Source of the DNA: Limisphaerales bacterium
GTDB lineage: Bacteria; Verrucomicrobiota; Verrucomicrobiia; Limisphaerales; SIBE01
DNA: 38,358 nt
NCBI GenBank assembly: GCA_044225505.1
Contig: JBGAIN010000074.1
Location: forward strand, 1 to 38,358
Direction: 5' to 3'
This document shows, piece after piece, positions 8,918 through 18,765 of the stretch; position 1 is the first letter of the stretch, and each line of letters opens with the position of its first letter. The position numbers and the translations under genes are program-made. The notes beneath the pieces were generated by a model that was given only the letters and a program-made list of their open reading frames with translations, was not told the DNA's origin and made no database searches.

Positions 8918-11476
8918 TCAATGACGTCGGGCGCCAGCACCGGCTGGAGCAACCTGGTCTGTCGGCCGGGCACCGTGCGAATGAGCCGCATGACTCTCGT
9001 CGGAGCCTGATTCTTCGGGAATCCGCATGCCGTAAAACGATCGATAAACGAACACGAGGGCGATCAGGAAAAAGAACGCCCCGATGCCAGTCTTCAAACC
9101 ACGATTGGTCATGGTCACGGCAATTTCCACCGCCAACAACCCAAACAGGGTCGTGAACTTAATCACAGGATTCAACGCGACCGATGAAGTATCCTTGAAC
9201 GGATCGCCAACGGTATCGCCAACCACCGTTGCGGCGTGCAAGTCCGTCCCTTTTTGACGCAAGTCCACTTCGACAATCTTCTTAGCATTGTCCCAAGCCC
9301 CGCCCGCGTTGGCCATGAAGATCGCCTGAAACAGCCCGAAGAACGCGATGGCGATCAGGTAGCCAATGAAGAAGTAAGGATTGAAGAACGGTAACGCCAG
9401 CGCGAAGCAGAAGATCACGATAAAGATATTCCACATCCCTTTCTGCGCATATACCGTGCAGATTCGGACAACCTCTTTACTGTCTTTCTCGGAGGCCGTC
9501 GCCGCGTCCAACTTCATGTGTTCCTTGATGTAGACCACCGCCCGATACGCACCGGTGACGACCGCTTGGGTCGACGCGCCCGTAAACCAATAGATGACGC
9601 TGCCACCCATGATCAGGCCCAGAATCATCTCCGGCTGCACCACGCTCAACGCGTCGATCACTGGCTTAAATAGTCCTGACGTCGGGTCAGCCTCATACAT
9701 CTTCTGCAACAGAATAATAATGCCGAATACCATCGTCGTGGCTCCGACAACCGCCGTTCCGATCAAGACCGGCTTTGCCGTCGCTTTAAACGTATTGCCA
9801 GCGCCGTCCCCCTTCTCTAGCTGGTATTTCGCATTCTCGAAGTCCGGGGTGAATCCGAATTTCTTTTGAATGTCTTCCTTGATGCCTTTGCGAGACTCAA
9901 TCTGACTGAGTTCGTAAACTGATTGGGCGTTATCCGTCACCGGGCCGTAGCTATCCACCGCAATCGTCACCGGACCCATTCCCAGGAACCCGAACGCGAC
10001 TAACCCGAATGCGAAAATCGGCGCCGCAAAAACGAACTCCTTTGGCATGATCGAGAGCAAGGCCGGGTTTTGTGAGAAGTAGTAAGAAACAAACATCAGC
10101 AGCATGATGACCAATCCCATCCAGAATGCGGACATATTCCCCGCCACGAAACCAGAAAGGATGTTCAACGATGCACCGCCGTGTTTCGAACAATTGGTGA
10201 CCTCGCGCACGTGACGTGAGTTCGTGCTCGTGAAGACTTTCGTGAACTCAGGAATGAGCGCGCCTGCGACGGTTCCGCAGCTGATGATCATCGAGAGCAC
10301 CCACCAAAGATCTGGCCGCGCCGTCCCAGCAGCGTCTTTGAAGTCGCCGAGCAACACCTTACTCGCAATAAACGTCACCGCGATCGAAACCGCCGAGGTG
10401 ATCCACACCAGATGGGTCAAAGGGGCCTCGAAGTCGAAATCCTTCTGTCCACCAAACTTGGCTTTGCTGATCGCTTCATTGACGAAGTAAGAGAAAAGCG
10501 ATGTCACGATCATGAGCGCACGCATGACGAACAGCCAGATGATCAGAGTCGCCACGATTCCAGGCGTCGCCGCCAGAGCGAGCGCAAGAAACGCGATCAG
10601 CGCCACTCCAGTCACCCCGTAAGTCTCAAACCCGTCCGCAGTCGGTCCAACCGAGTCACCCGCATTGTCCCCAGTGCAATCCGCGATCACGCCAGGATTC
10701 TTGGGATCATCTTCCGGCAACTTAAAGACGATCTTCATGAGATCGGAACCGATGTCAGCAATCTTGGTGAAAATACCACCGCAAATACGCAGCACGCTCG
10801 CCCCCAGCGACTCCCCAATCGCGAACCCGATAAAGCAGGGCCCGACCAACTCTCGCGGCAAGAACACGAGAATGCAGATCATAAAGAAGAGTTCGACCGC
10901 GACCAGCAGCAAGCCAACGCTCATTCCCGAACGCAGCGGAATGCCCAGCGTGGCGAGCGGATCCCCCTTCAATGCCGAGAATGCCGCACGCGAATTGGCC
11001 ACGGTATTAATCCGAATGCCGAACCAGGCTACTCCGTAGGAACCGAGGATGCCCAACACGGACGCCAGCAGAATCACAAAAACGTGTGGCACGGAATTGT
11101 GCTGCAGGACCATGAAGTAGTACACCATGCAAGCAGCGATCAACGCCCACAAGATCGCCAGGAACTTGCCTTGGGTGAACAGATACGTTTTGCACGTCTC
11201 CCAGATCATATTCGAAACGTTACTCATCGATTCGTGGACTGGGAGTGACTTCGTTTGCTGGTATTGCACCAAACCAAACGCCGCACCGATAGCGCAGATC
11301 AGGATACCCAAATACATCAGGGTCACGCCGCTAATCCCGCCAAGACCATCAAACCTCACTTGATTCAGATCGGGCAGTTTGATGTCCGCCTCCCCCGCCA
11401 GCGCCGTTACGCTAAGACTGCACAGTGCGGCGAGGAAAGCACTGTACCTCCAGAATTTTCGATGTGCCATAATCAT
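8918..11476 (-). CDS. hppA: Membrane-integral ion-pumping pyrophosphatase (divergent, K+-independent signature)
   Basis: GGIFTKIADIGSDLMK, EDDPKNPGVIADCTGDNAGD, DSYGPVTDNA, GNTFKATAK, GGAWDNAKK, GDTVGDPFKDTS. Confidence 0.96.
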   Translation of the reverse strand: MIMAHRKFWRYSAFLAALCSLSVTALAGEADIKLPDLNQVRFDGLGGISGVTLMYLGILICAIGAAFGLVQYQQTKSLPVHESMSNVSNMIWETCKTYLFTQGKFLAILWALIAACMVYYFMVLQHNSVPHVFVILLASVLGILGSYGVAWFGIRINTVANSRAAFSALKGDPLATLGIPLRSGMSVGLLLVAVELFFMICILVFLPRELVGPCFIGFAIGESLGASVLRICGGIFTKIADIGSDLMKIVFKLPEDDPKNPGVIADCTGDNAGDSVGPTADGFETYGVTGVALIAFLALALAATPGIVATLIIWLFVMRALMIVTSLFSYFVNEAISKAKFGGQKDFDFEAPLTHLVWITSAVSIAVTFIASKVLLGDFKDAAGTARPDLWWVLSMIISCGTVAGALIPEFTKVFTSTNSRHVREVTNCSKHGGASLNILSGFVAGNMSAFWMGLVIMLLMFVSYYFSQNPALLSIMPKEFVFAAPIFAFGLVAFGFLGMGPVTIAVDSYGPVTDNAQSVYELSQIESRKGIKEDIQKKFGFTPDFENAKYQLEKGDGAGNTFKATAKPVLIGTAVVGATTMVFGIIILLQKMYEADPTSGLFKPVIDALSVVQPEMILGLIMGGSVIYWFTGASTQAVVTGAYRAVVYIKEHMKLDAATASEKDSKEVVRICTVYAQKGMWNIFIVIFCFALALPFFNPYFFIGYLIAIAFFGLFQAIFMANAGGAWDNAKKIVEVDLRQKGTDLHAATVVGDTVGDPFKDTSSVALNPVIKFTTLFGLLAVEIAVTMTNRGLKTGIGAFFFLIALVFVYRSFYGMRIPEESGSDESHAAHSHGARPTDQVAPAGAGARRH

Positions 11477-11557
11477 GATGGATAAGCTATCTTAAACTGT
11501 ATCATAGCCGCAAAGCTATCGATACTCGCAAAGCCAATCGAGCTTCGCGACGCATTG

Positions 11558-11586
11558 GGCCTATTGAAAGCAGGCAGGGGTGTCAA
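11558..11586 (-). promoter_or_regulatory. Putative promoter for hppA
   Basis: TTGACA-N17-TAGGCC about 80 nt upstream of the start. Confidence 0.4.
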
Positions 11587-12282
11587 GAGCATTCCCGGCG
11601 AAACCCCCGAGATGACAATTTCGGCACAAACAATCGCAAGATTTGAGGGATTTGGAGGTCTCTCCCCCACTTCGCACTCCACCCTCGGACGTCGCGAGGA
11701 ACGTCTCAAAAACTCCTATATTCTTTGACCTTGGTCAGCGATTTCCCGGGCCGCTTCCATCTCTCTTTTCGGCTTGTGGGACGTGTAGTTAGTCTAATCC
11801 AAACCGCTTAACCGCCAGGCGATAACCCGTTCTTCAGTCGCGCCGCGGGATGCAAGAATGGATTCCCAAGAGTGATATGGCGTCGAGAGCGCAATTCGCG
11901 CTTCGGATGCCAGGGCACCTGCGCCGGCATGAGGTTAGCATCAGAAAAACCGTCGCCTTAACCGTTCCGGTCCATCCATTAACTCGTTCCGCTCATACGC
12001 CTTGGGCCGACAAAAAGAAAAGTATTTTCAAATAAACTGCTGAGCGTTATCGTCAGAGCATCTCCGGAACGATGGATGTGCTGAAATCGGTCGAGGAAAG
12101 CAGGTTCTGAATAATGTCGGCAAGCTTTAGACAGTTTTTCCGAGGGATTCACCGCCCGGTCCGTTTGCCTCAATTGCGATTGGGACGGGACTGGGAGATC
12201 GAGGTGCGGGCACTCTCGTTGTCGGCGCAGCCTTCCAAAGGCGTTCACATCAAAATAAAATACCGAACCTCAGACTCCACTT

Positions 12283-13590
12283 ATGGACCCGAACACCCAC
12301 TCCTCCCTGGCGACTTCTAGGCGACAATTCCTCAAACAGTCGACCGCTGCAACACTCGGGACCGTCCTGGCCGCCAATTTTGGCGCGGCTGTTTCCACGC
12401 GAGGTGCGAATGACGACACGATCAAGATTGGATTGGTGGGGTGTGGTGGCCGTGGCACTGGAGCAGCTGACCAGGCCCTCCATGCCGATCCGAATGTGGT
12501 TCTGACCGCCGTTGGCGATGTGTTCTCCGAACAGATCGAACGCAGTTTGGGTGAGTTAAAGCGCAAAACACCCGACCGGGTAAAGGTCGAGGCTGAGCAC
12601 CAATTTGTCGGTTTGGACGCGTATCAGAAGGTCATCAACAGCGGAGTGGATGTGGTTTTGTTGGCAACGCCGCCTGGATTCAGACCTTTTCATTTCCAAG
12701 CGGCCGTCGCAGCGGGCAAGCATGTCTTTTGCGAGAAACCGATGGCAACGGATGCCCCGGGAGTGCGATCCGTGTTAGCAACAGCGGAGGAGGCGAAGAA
12801 AAAGAAGCTCGCGGTCGTTGCCGGGTTCTGCTGGCGCTACGACCTCGCCCGGCGCGAATTTTACAAACGAATCCATGATGGTGCAATTGGTGATATCCGC
12901 TCGATCTACGCGACCTATCTCACAGGGCCCGTCAAACCGATGCCTCCGGCCAATAAACGGCCGCCTGGCATGAGCGATGTCGAATGGCAGCTTCGCAATT
13001 GGTACAATTTTGTTTGGCTCGGTGGGGATGGCTTGGTGGAACAGGCGGTGCATAGCATCGACAAGATAGCGTGGGCTATGAACGGCAAACTTCCTGTGCG
13101 AGCCGTGGCCACGGGCGGGCGCCAAATTCCCAACAACGAAGGCAACATCTACGATCACATCGACGTTTTCTACGAATACGAGAACGGAGTGCGAGCCACG
13201 ATGGCACAGCGGCAGATCAGCGGCTGTTACAATGACAATTCGGATTATCTCACTGGCGCCACCGGGACCGCGAGCATCAAGAGTGGCCGCCCCGTGATCG
13301 CAGGCACCGAACGCTGGCGGTATTCGGGACCGACCCCGGATATGTACCAGGTCGAGCACAACGAACTGTTCGCATCGATTCGCAAAGGGGAACCGATCAA
13401 CGACGGCATCTGGATGTGCCATAGCACCTTGATGGCGATCATGGGCCGGACCGCCGCTTACACGGGCCAGGAAATCACATGGGAACAGATCATGAACTCG
13501 GATGATCGGTTGGTTCCGGAACACGTGACCTGGGACATGAAGTTGGAACCAGCGCCCATGGCCATGCCTGGACGAACCAAACTGGTCTAG
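12283..13590 (+). CDS. Tat-exported Gfo/Idh/MocA family oxidoreductase
   Basis: SRRQFLK Tat motif; IGLVGCGGRGTGA, HVFCEKP, EQAVHSID. Confidence 0.93.
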   Translation: MDPNTHSSLATSRRQFLKQSTAATLGTVLAANFGAAVSTRGANDDTIKIGLVGCGGRGTGAADQALHADPNVVLTAVGDVFSEQIERSLGELKRKTPDRVKVEAEHQFVGLDAYQKVINSGVDVVLLATPPGFRPFHFQAAVAAGKHVFCEKPMATDAPGVRSVLATAEEAKKKKLAVVAGFCWRYDLARREFYKRIHDGAIGDIRSIYATYLTGPVKPMPPANKRPPGMSDVEWQLRNWYNFVWLGGDGLVEQAVHSIDKIAWAMNGKLPVRAVATGGRQIPNNEGNIYDHIDVFYEYENGVRATMAQRQISGCYNDNSDYLTGATGTASIKSGRPVIAGTERWRYSGPTPDMYQVEHNELFASIRKGEPINDGIWMCHSTLMAIMGRTAAYTGQEITWEQIMNSDDRLVPEHVTWDMKLEPAPMAMPGRTKLV

Positions 13591-13682
13591 TTCCTGATCG
13601 GATAACTTTGGCGGCCTGTGGAAGCCTCCCCCAGCCCTGCTTCCCAGGCGCCCTTGTTTGAACCAAGCAAACAATCCTCTCT

Positions 13683-14600
13683 ATGCAATTCAAGCTGAAC
13701 CGACGGGCTTTCTTAACCTTAAGCAGCACTGCCGCTGTAGCGACGCTGGCGACGCCGTTCGTGAGTCGCGCCGCTGATGATCCAACCTCATCGCCTAAAA
13801 AGCGCGCGATCAAAAAAGGGATCATGTTCGGAACGGTTGGGCTGAAGGGCTCGACTCTTGAAAAATTCCAGGCGGTGAAGGACGCTGGATTCGAGGGCGT
13901 TGAACCAAACAGCCACATGGATCAGGAAGAAGTCATCAAAGCGCGTGACGCGACCGGGCTGAAAATTCCCAGTGTTTGCTGTGCCACACATTGGAACCAG
14001 ACCCTGTCCGATCCCGACCCCGCAATTCGGGAAAAGGGCTTGGATGGTTTGAAGCAAGCGCTCAAAGATGCGCATCGCTATGGAGCGAGTTCAGTGCTTT
14101 TGGTGCCGGCTGTCGTCAATAAGCAGGTCTCCTACGCCGAGGCCTACACCCGTTCCCAAGCGGAGATTCGCAAAGCGTTACCGCTGGCTGAGGAGTTCCA
14201 AGTCAAGATTGCGATTGAGAATGTCTGGAACCAGTTCCTGCTCAGCCCGCTCGAAGCGGCCCGATATGTCGATGAATTCAACAGTCCTTGGGTCGGATGG
14301 CATTTCGACGTCGGTAACGTGATCCTCTATGGCTATCCGGAGCAGTGGATTCGAGTCTTGAACAAGCGCATTGCCAAGCTTCACATCAAGGAGTTCAGCC
14401 GGCAGAAAGCGCAACGTGAAGGAATGGGCAAGGGCTTTGATGTGGAGTTTCTCAAAGGCGACAATAATTGGGCGGCCGTCATGAAGGCAGTCGATGAAAT
14501 CGGGTATTCAGGCTGGGGGCTTTCCGAGCAAGGGGGTGCTGGAAGTGTGGAAGGCCTGAACAAACTCTCCCGCGAGATGGATCGGATTTTTGAGAGCTGA
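13683..14600 (+). CDS. Tat-exported sugar phosphate isomerase/epimerase (xylose isomerase-like TIM barrel)
   Basis: NRRAFL Tat motif; AGFEGVE, IAIENVWN, HFDVGN, LHIKEF, GYSGW..SE. Confidence 0.9.
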   Translation: MQFKLNRRAFLTLSSTAAVATLATPFVSRAADDPTSSPKKRAIKKGIMFGTVGLKGSTLEKFQAVKDAGFEGVEPNSHMDQEEVIKARDATGLKIPSVCCATHWNQTLSDPDPAIREKGLDGLKQALKDAHRYGASSVLLVPAVVNKQVSYAEAYTRSQAEIRKALPLAEEFQVKIAIENVWNQFLLSPLEAARYVDEFNSPWVGWHFDVGNVILYGYPEQWIRVLNKRIAKLHIKEFSRQKAQREGMGKGFDVEFLKGDNNWAAVMKAVDEIGYSGWGLSEQGGAGSVEGLNKLSREMDRIFES

Positions 14601-14635
14601 TTCCGCAGCTCTGACGTCTGCCCCTACGGCGTTGA

Positions 14636-14667
14636 TCGACCTCGGAGCAATACGCCGCCGAGGTCGA
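14636..14667. terminator. Hairpin between convergent genes
   Basis: Perfect 10-bp inverted repeat TCGACCTCGG/CCGAGGTCGA; no clear U-tract. Confidence 0.55.
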
Positions 14668-14684
14668 CACTAGATTGTTGCGGA

Positions 14685-15485
14685 CTACGAGTTATCCCCG
14701 TCAAGCATCCGTCCTAAACCGCCTAACAGCGAACCTTCCTCCCGCCCTCCTCGACCGCTCTGTGGAGCGGCGGCATAAATACGGCCGGCCAAACGACTGA
14801 ACGGCAGCGATTGCAGCCAGATTCTTCCGGGCCCTTGGAGTGTCGCAAAGAACAATCCCTCGCCGCCAAACAGCGCTGTTTTAATTCCGCCGACGAGTTT
14901 GATGTCGTATTGTACCGATGGTTGGAACGCCACGATGCACCCCGTATCCACACGCAGCGTTTCGCCTGGGCCTAAATCCCGCTGAAGAATCGTGCCGCCA
15001 GCATGGAGGAACGCCAATCCGTCGCCCTGTAGTCGCTCTAGAATAAAGCCTTCGCCACCGAAAAGCCCGGCGCCGAATCGTTTGGTGAAAGCAATGCCCA
15101 AGCTCACTCCCTTGGCCGCACAGAGAAAGGCATCCTTCTGCGCGAGCAGGTCGCCTCCGATTTCAGAAAGATGAATTGGAATGATCTTGCCTGGATACGG
15201 CGCACCGAACGCCACTCGTTTCTTCCCAGCGCCACGATTCCAAAACACCGTCATGAAAAGCGATTCGCCAGTGAGCAGACGTTTGCCAGCGCCCATCAAT
15301 GCGCCTAAGAAACCACTCTGCTGACGAGAACCATCGCCGAAGACGGTTTCCATTTCGATCCCGTCTTCCATGTACATCATTCCGCCCGCTTCCGCGACCG
15401 TTGCCTCTTGCGGATCAAGCTCCACTTCGACGAACTGCATATCGTCGCCGAAGATCTTGTAGTCGATTTCATGCATCATGCTCAT
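14685..15485 (-). CDS. TIGR00266/AIM24 family protein
   Basis: [60 protein letters not shown]. Confidence 0.92.
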   Translation of the reverse strand: MSMMHEIDYKIFGDDMQFVEVELDPQEATVAEAGGMMYMEDGIEMETVFGDGSRQQSGFLGALMGAGKRLLTGESLFMTVFWNRGAGKKRVAFGAPYPGKIIPIHLSEIGGDLLAQKDAFLCAAKGVSLGIAFTKRFGAGLFGGEGFILERLQGDGLAFLHAGGTILQRDLGPGETLRVDTGCIVAFQPSVQYDIKLVGGIKTALFGGEGLFFATLQGPGRIWLQSLPFSRLAGRIYAAAPQSGRGGREEGSLLGGLGRMLDGDNS

Positions 15486-15569
15486 AATCGTATCGGGTTT
15501 TATTGATCAGATTTCCAGGGACAGTTCTTCATCTCAAGTCTTTCTCGTGTTTAGCGTCTCCGGATGGGA

Positions 15570-16448
15570 TCATTGCCGCCCTATCGACTTACTGGAAGGA
15601 TGACCTGCACGCAGCGGCGGTGGCATGGGAATGAGGCGTGGCGGCGCTGTTGGTGCAGGGCTCGACACGCCCGCGGACGGCGGCGCGATCGACGATGCGT
15701 GATGCCCAATCGCTTCCGGGACAGGCTGCCTCATCACGTGAAGTTCCGAAAGCCACTTCTGTGGATCCAATGTCATCGCGCCGATTTTGATCTCGGGCAA
15801 TTTCGAGTCACCGGTGGAGAAGCTCTGGATCTGACCGATGATCTCTTGCACTTGCTCGAGTTTCTGCAGAACTGGTGATTCCGCGGCGGGCAGCTTGCCA
15901 AGATCCTGATATCCGTTCACCAGCCATTCCAGGCGCCCGGACTCGATATCGACCATCAACCCATGGACAGGCACTTTCGGGCTGATCAACGGGCTCCTCC
16001 GAATGTGTTCGACGCCGTTGATCACGTTCTGGCGTTCGCTGGCAAACAAGCCGAAAAACTCGACAAGGTTGTCCGGGAGGTTCGATCGCCCGATCCCCAG
16101 GGCGCGGAAGCTCTCGAGCAGTTGATTCACGGAGGTCTGGCGGACTCGGCAATCAGTATGACCAATCACAGCGATTTCCTTCCCGCCTTTGATAGCGCAT
16201 GCCAATGCGAGCGTCCGCATCATGCTGCTCAAGGGATCGAAAATGATATTCCCGGCATTTCGCAACCAGATGAAATCGTCTTCATGCACTCCCAACACTT
16301 CGGGCAGCAATCGATTCAGCCGGGGATCGATACAGGTCAGTGCCACCACCGGAAGGGCATCCGGGAAATCGCTGGGATGGAGCCCAACGCCGCTGTCTCC
16401 AGCCGCGGCGCGGTGGTTCGCGTTGAGAATAGCCTCGAACAGGCGCAT
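15570..16448 (-). CDS. Beta-class carbonic anhydrase-like protein with long C-terminal extension
   Basis: Zn ligands CIDPR and GHTDC; LRNAGN; IRRSPLI...VPVHGLMVDIESGRL. Confidence 0.85.
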   Translation of the reverse strand: MRLFEAILNANHRAAAGDSGVGLHPSDFPDALPVVALTCIDPRLNRLLPEVLGVHEDDFIWLRNAGNIIFDPLSSMMRTLALACAIKGGKEIAVIGHTDCRVRQTSVNQLLESFRALGIGRSNLPDNLVEFFGLFASERQNVINGVEHIRRSPLISPKVPVHGLMVDIESGRLEWLVNGYQDLGKLPAAESPVLQKLEQVQEIIGQIQSFSTGDSKLPEIKIGAMTLDPQKWLSELHVMRQPVPEAIGHHASSIAPPSAGVSSPAPTAPPRLIPMPPPLRAGHPSSKSIGRQ

Positions 16449-16453
16449 TCTGT

Positions 16454-17992
16454 TTACTCCTGAATCGGCTTATCACTCCGCGAGGATTTCAACGACGGGA
16501 CGGCCTTGAGCAAGTCTTCCAGTCTCAGTCCCGTTAAACCTTCGATCACCGGAGGCAACTGGCTGAGGATTTGACTTACCTCGGCCGTGAGCTTGCTCGC
16601 ACCACCCCCATTGCCGTTTCCGGCGTTCACAATCACCATCTTGTCCGTCTTCGACAGAGGCTCGCTAATCTTGCCGGCGAGCTCGGGAAGGATCTGGACG
16701 ATCATCTGGATCACCGCCGCTTCATTATATTGTTTGAATGCATCGGCCTTCACTCGCATCGCCTCGGCCGTCGCGTGTCCTTGCGCTTCGATAATCGTGG
16801 CTTCGGCAAGTCCGCGCGCTTTGTTCGCTTCGGCTTCCGCAACCCCCGTCGCCTTCATTACGTCCGCATTGGCTAACCCTTTCGCTTTCGCTGCGTTCGC
16901 AGTGCCGGTAGCCTCCATTTCCAACTGGAACTTGGTGGCATTCGCGATGGTCTCGACGCGGTAACGTTCGGCGTCGGCCGGCTTTTGCACATTGGCTTCC
17001 AGCTCCCGTTGTTTTCGCAGGATTTCCTGCTGCTGCAATTCGATTTGTTTCTGCTTTTCAATGATGTTGACCTGCACCTCTTCGGCCTTTACCAACTGCC
17101 CCGTTTTGTACTTCTGCAAGTCATAAGCGAGGTCGGACTCAGCCTTGCGTTGATTCACTGCTGCCTGGTACTGCGCGACGTTCATCTGATAATCGCGTTG
17201 CGCCTCGGCAATCTTGCTGTCGGCCGCGAACTTGGCTTCCTGGCCGGATTGTTGTGCCTGCGCCGACCGGATCATCGCATCGCGATCGGCTTCAGCTTGG
17301 GCGATGACCGCGTCCCTCTTGACCTGGGCGATTCGCGGCTTGCCCAAAGCTTCGAGATAACCCTGGCTGTCGCGAATGTCACGGATGGTGAAGCTCACGA
17401 TTTGGAGCCCCATGTTGGCCATATCACCCGCGGCCACTTCTTGCACTTTGGAAGCGAACGCATCGCGATTTTGATAAATTTCTTCAACGGTCAAGGTTCC
17501 GAGAATCGCGCGCAGGTGCCCTTCCATGGTCTGCATCGCGATATTCTTGATGTCCTCCGTCCCTTTGCTGAGGAACTGCTCAGCGGCCGTAGCGATGGAG
17601 ATATCGTCACCTTTGACTTTGATCTGAGCTACTCCGTCGACCTTCACGGGAACGCCCTTGCTCGTATAAACCTCGGGAGTTTGCACGTCGATAGTGAGCA
17701 ACTCGAGGGACAACAAATCCACCTTTTCAAAGACGGGCCACACGAACACGCCGCCACCTTTGGTCACGCGAAACCCAACCTCGCGCACGGCGCCGTCTGG
17801 GTCGACCACTCGCCGCCGCCGTCCTGAAATCACCAGGACCTGGTTTGGACCGGCTTTGGTGTAACGGCTCGCGTAGATCATCGCGAAGCTGAAAAACACG
17901 GCAAGCACCGCACCCACCCCGACAATGATCTTGATCCAAGGAAGTTGAACGCCCGCTTGCGCAAAGATGAACATGTCTGCCATAGGATTCAC
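16454..17992 (-). CDS. Flotillin (SPFH + AEA coiled-coil), FloT-like
   Basis: N-terminal TM, SPFH domain (VYTSKGVPVKVDGVAQIK, EGHLRAILGTLTVEEIY), repeated AEA/EAE motifs. Confidence 0.95.
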   Translation of the reverse strand: MNPMADMFIFAQAGVQLPWIKIIVGVGAVLAVFFSFAMIYASRYTKAGPNQVLVISGRRRRVVDPDGAVREVGFRVTKGGGVFVWPVFEKVDLLSLELLTIDVQTPEVYTSKGVPVKVDGVAQIKVKGDDISIATAAEQFLSKGTEDIKNIAMQTMEGHLRAILGTLTVEEIYQNRDAFASKVQEVAAGDMANMGLQIVSFTIRDIRDSQGYLEALGKPRIAQVKRDAVIAQAEADRDAMIRSAQAQQSGQEAKFAADSKIAEAQRDYQMNVAQYQAAVNQRKAESDLAYDLQKYKTGQLVKAEEVQVNIIEKQKQIELQQQEILRKQRELEANVQKPADAERYRVETIANATKFQLEMEATGTANAAKAKGLANADVMKATGVAEAEANKARGLAEATIIEAQGHATAEAMRVKADAFKQYNEAAVIQMIVQILPELAGKISEPLSKTDKMVIVNAGNGNGGGASKLTAEVSQILSQLPPVIEGLTGLRLEDLLKAVPSLKSSRSDKPIQE

Positions 17993-18008
17993 TGGGTTAA
18001 ATCACGCT

Positions 18009-18563
18009 TTAAACCACGTCCACGTAAAATTGCGTTCCGACGATCCGGGTGATGCGCACCTCCTCGCCACCTCGAATCGCTTTCCCATGTTCGGAGCGGG
18101 CGGGCGCGGTGTAGCGCGTCGTGGCCCGGACGTAAGCGATCTCCCCCACGCCATTCTCCGGGATTGGCGTCACGATCGAAGCGCTCTGCCCCACTAAAGT
18201 CGCTACCTGACATTCGCTCGAACTCTGCGTCTTGCGGAACGCCGACTCGAACAGCGAAAATGCCGCCGCCGCAACTCCCAATCCGCCGATGGCCGCTAAC
18301 GGTGCGCTCAACCATGGACTCTGAGTTGCGGGAATACTTGAGAAAATGAAGCCTAACGCCCCGAACGCCGTGGTGAAGAGTGCGATGAACGTCGGACTGA
18401 ATGGCGAAATGCCTGGCAGTCCGCTATGGTCAAAACCGGCTTCGGCGTGCCCCCCAGTTCCTACGTCGTGATCATGCCCGCCAAAGAAATGCCCGGCAAT
18501 GCCGCTGAAAATCGCGAAACCCACGCCAATGACCAGACAGATTGCGTAGATGAAAACATCCAT
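18009..18563 (-). CDS. NfeD/YuaF/YqiJ-like membrane protein with C-terminal OB fold
   Basis: About three TM segments, His-rich loop (GGHDHDVG), LVGQSASIVTPIP..GVGEI, GEEVRITRI; directly upstream of flotillin. Confidence 0.88.
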   Translation of the reverse strand: MDVFIYAICLVIGVGFAIFSGIAGHFFGGHDHDVGTGGHAEAGFDHSGLPGISPFSPTFIALFTTAFGALGFIFSSIPATQSPWLSAPLAAIGGLGVAAAAFSLFESAFRKTQSSSECQVATLVGQSASIVTPIPENGVGEIAYVRATTRYTAPARSEHGKAIRGGEEVRITRIVGTQFYVDVV

Positions 18564-18742
18564 AGGACCTCGCTCTATAAGACCCATTAAATGTCTACTC
18601 GACAACGCGAGCAAGCCCTAATTGACCACATTGAAGCCGATGATGGCACACCTCATAGCCCATTCACTCGTGTGAACCGCTCGCATGAGCTCACTCGTCC
18701 GTCCGCAGAAAGAGTTAACCTCGTTTCGCCACCGGTAGCACT

Positions 18743-18765
18743 TATAAACCCGTCTGGGTTTTATA
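18743..18765. promoter_or_regulatory. AT-rich inverted repeat upstream of the nfeD-flotillin cluster (operator candidate or hairpin)
   Basis: TATAAACCC-GTCT-GGGTTTTATA, stem with one bulged base. Confidence 0.35.

Noticed and set aside
10412..11248. 278-aa plus-strand ORF
   Set aside because: Antisense shadow of hppA.
11747..11754. CGGGCCGC as a third riboswitch copy near hppA
   Set aside because: Lacks the TGG/CCA closing stem, the AGGTAA linker and the GGGT hairpin, and is on the wrong strand for hppA.
12775..13674. 299-aa minus-strand ORF
   Set aside because: Antisense shadow of the Gfo/Idh/MocA gene.
16985..17827. 280-aa plus-strand ORF
   Set aside because: Antisense shadow of flotillin.
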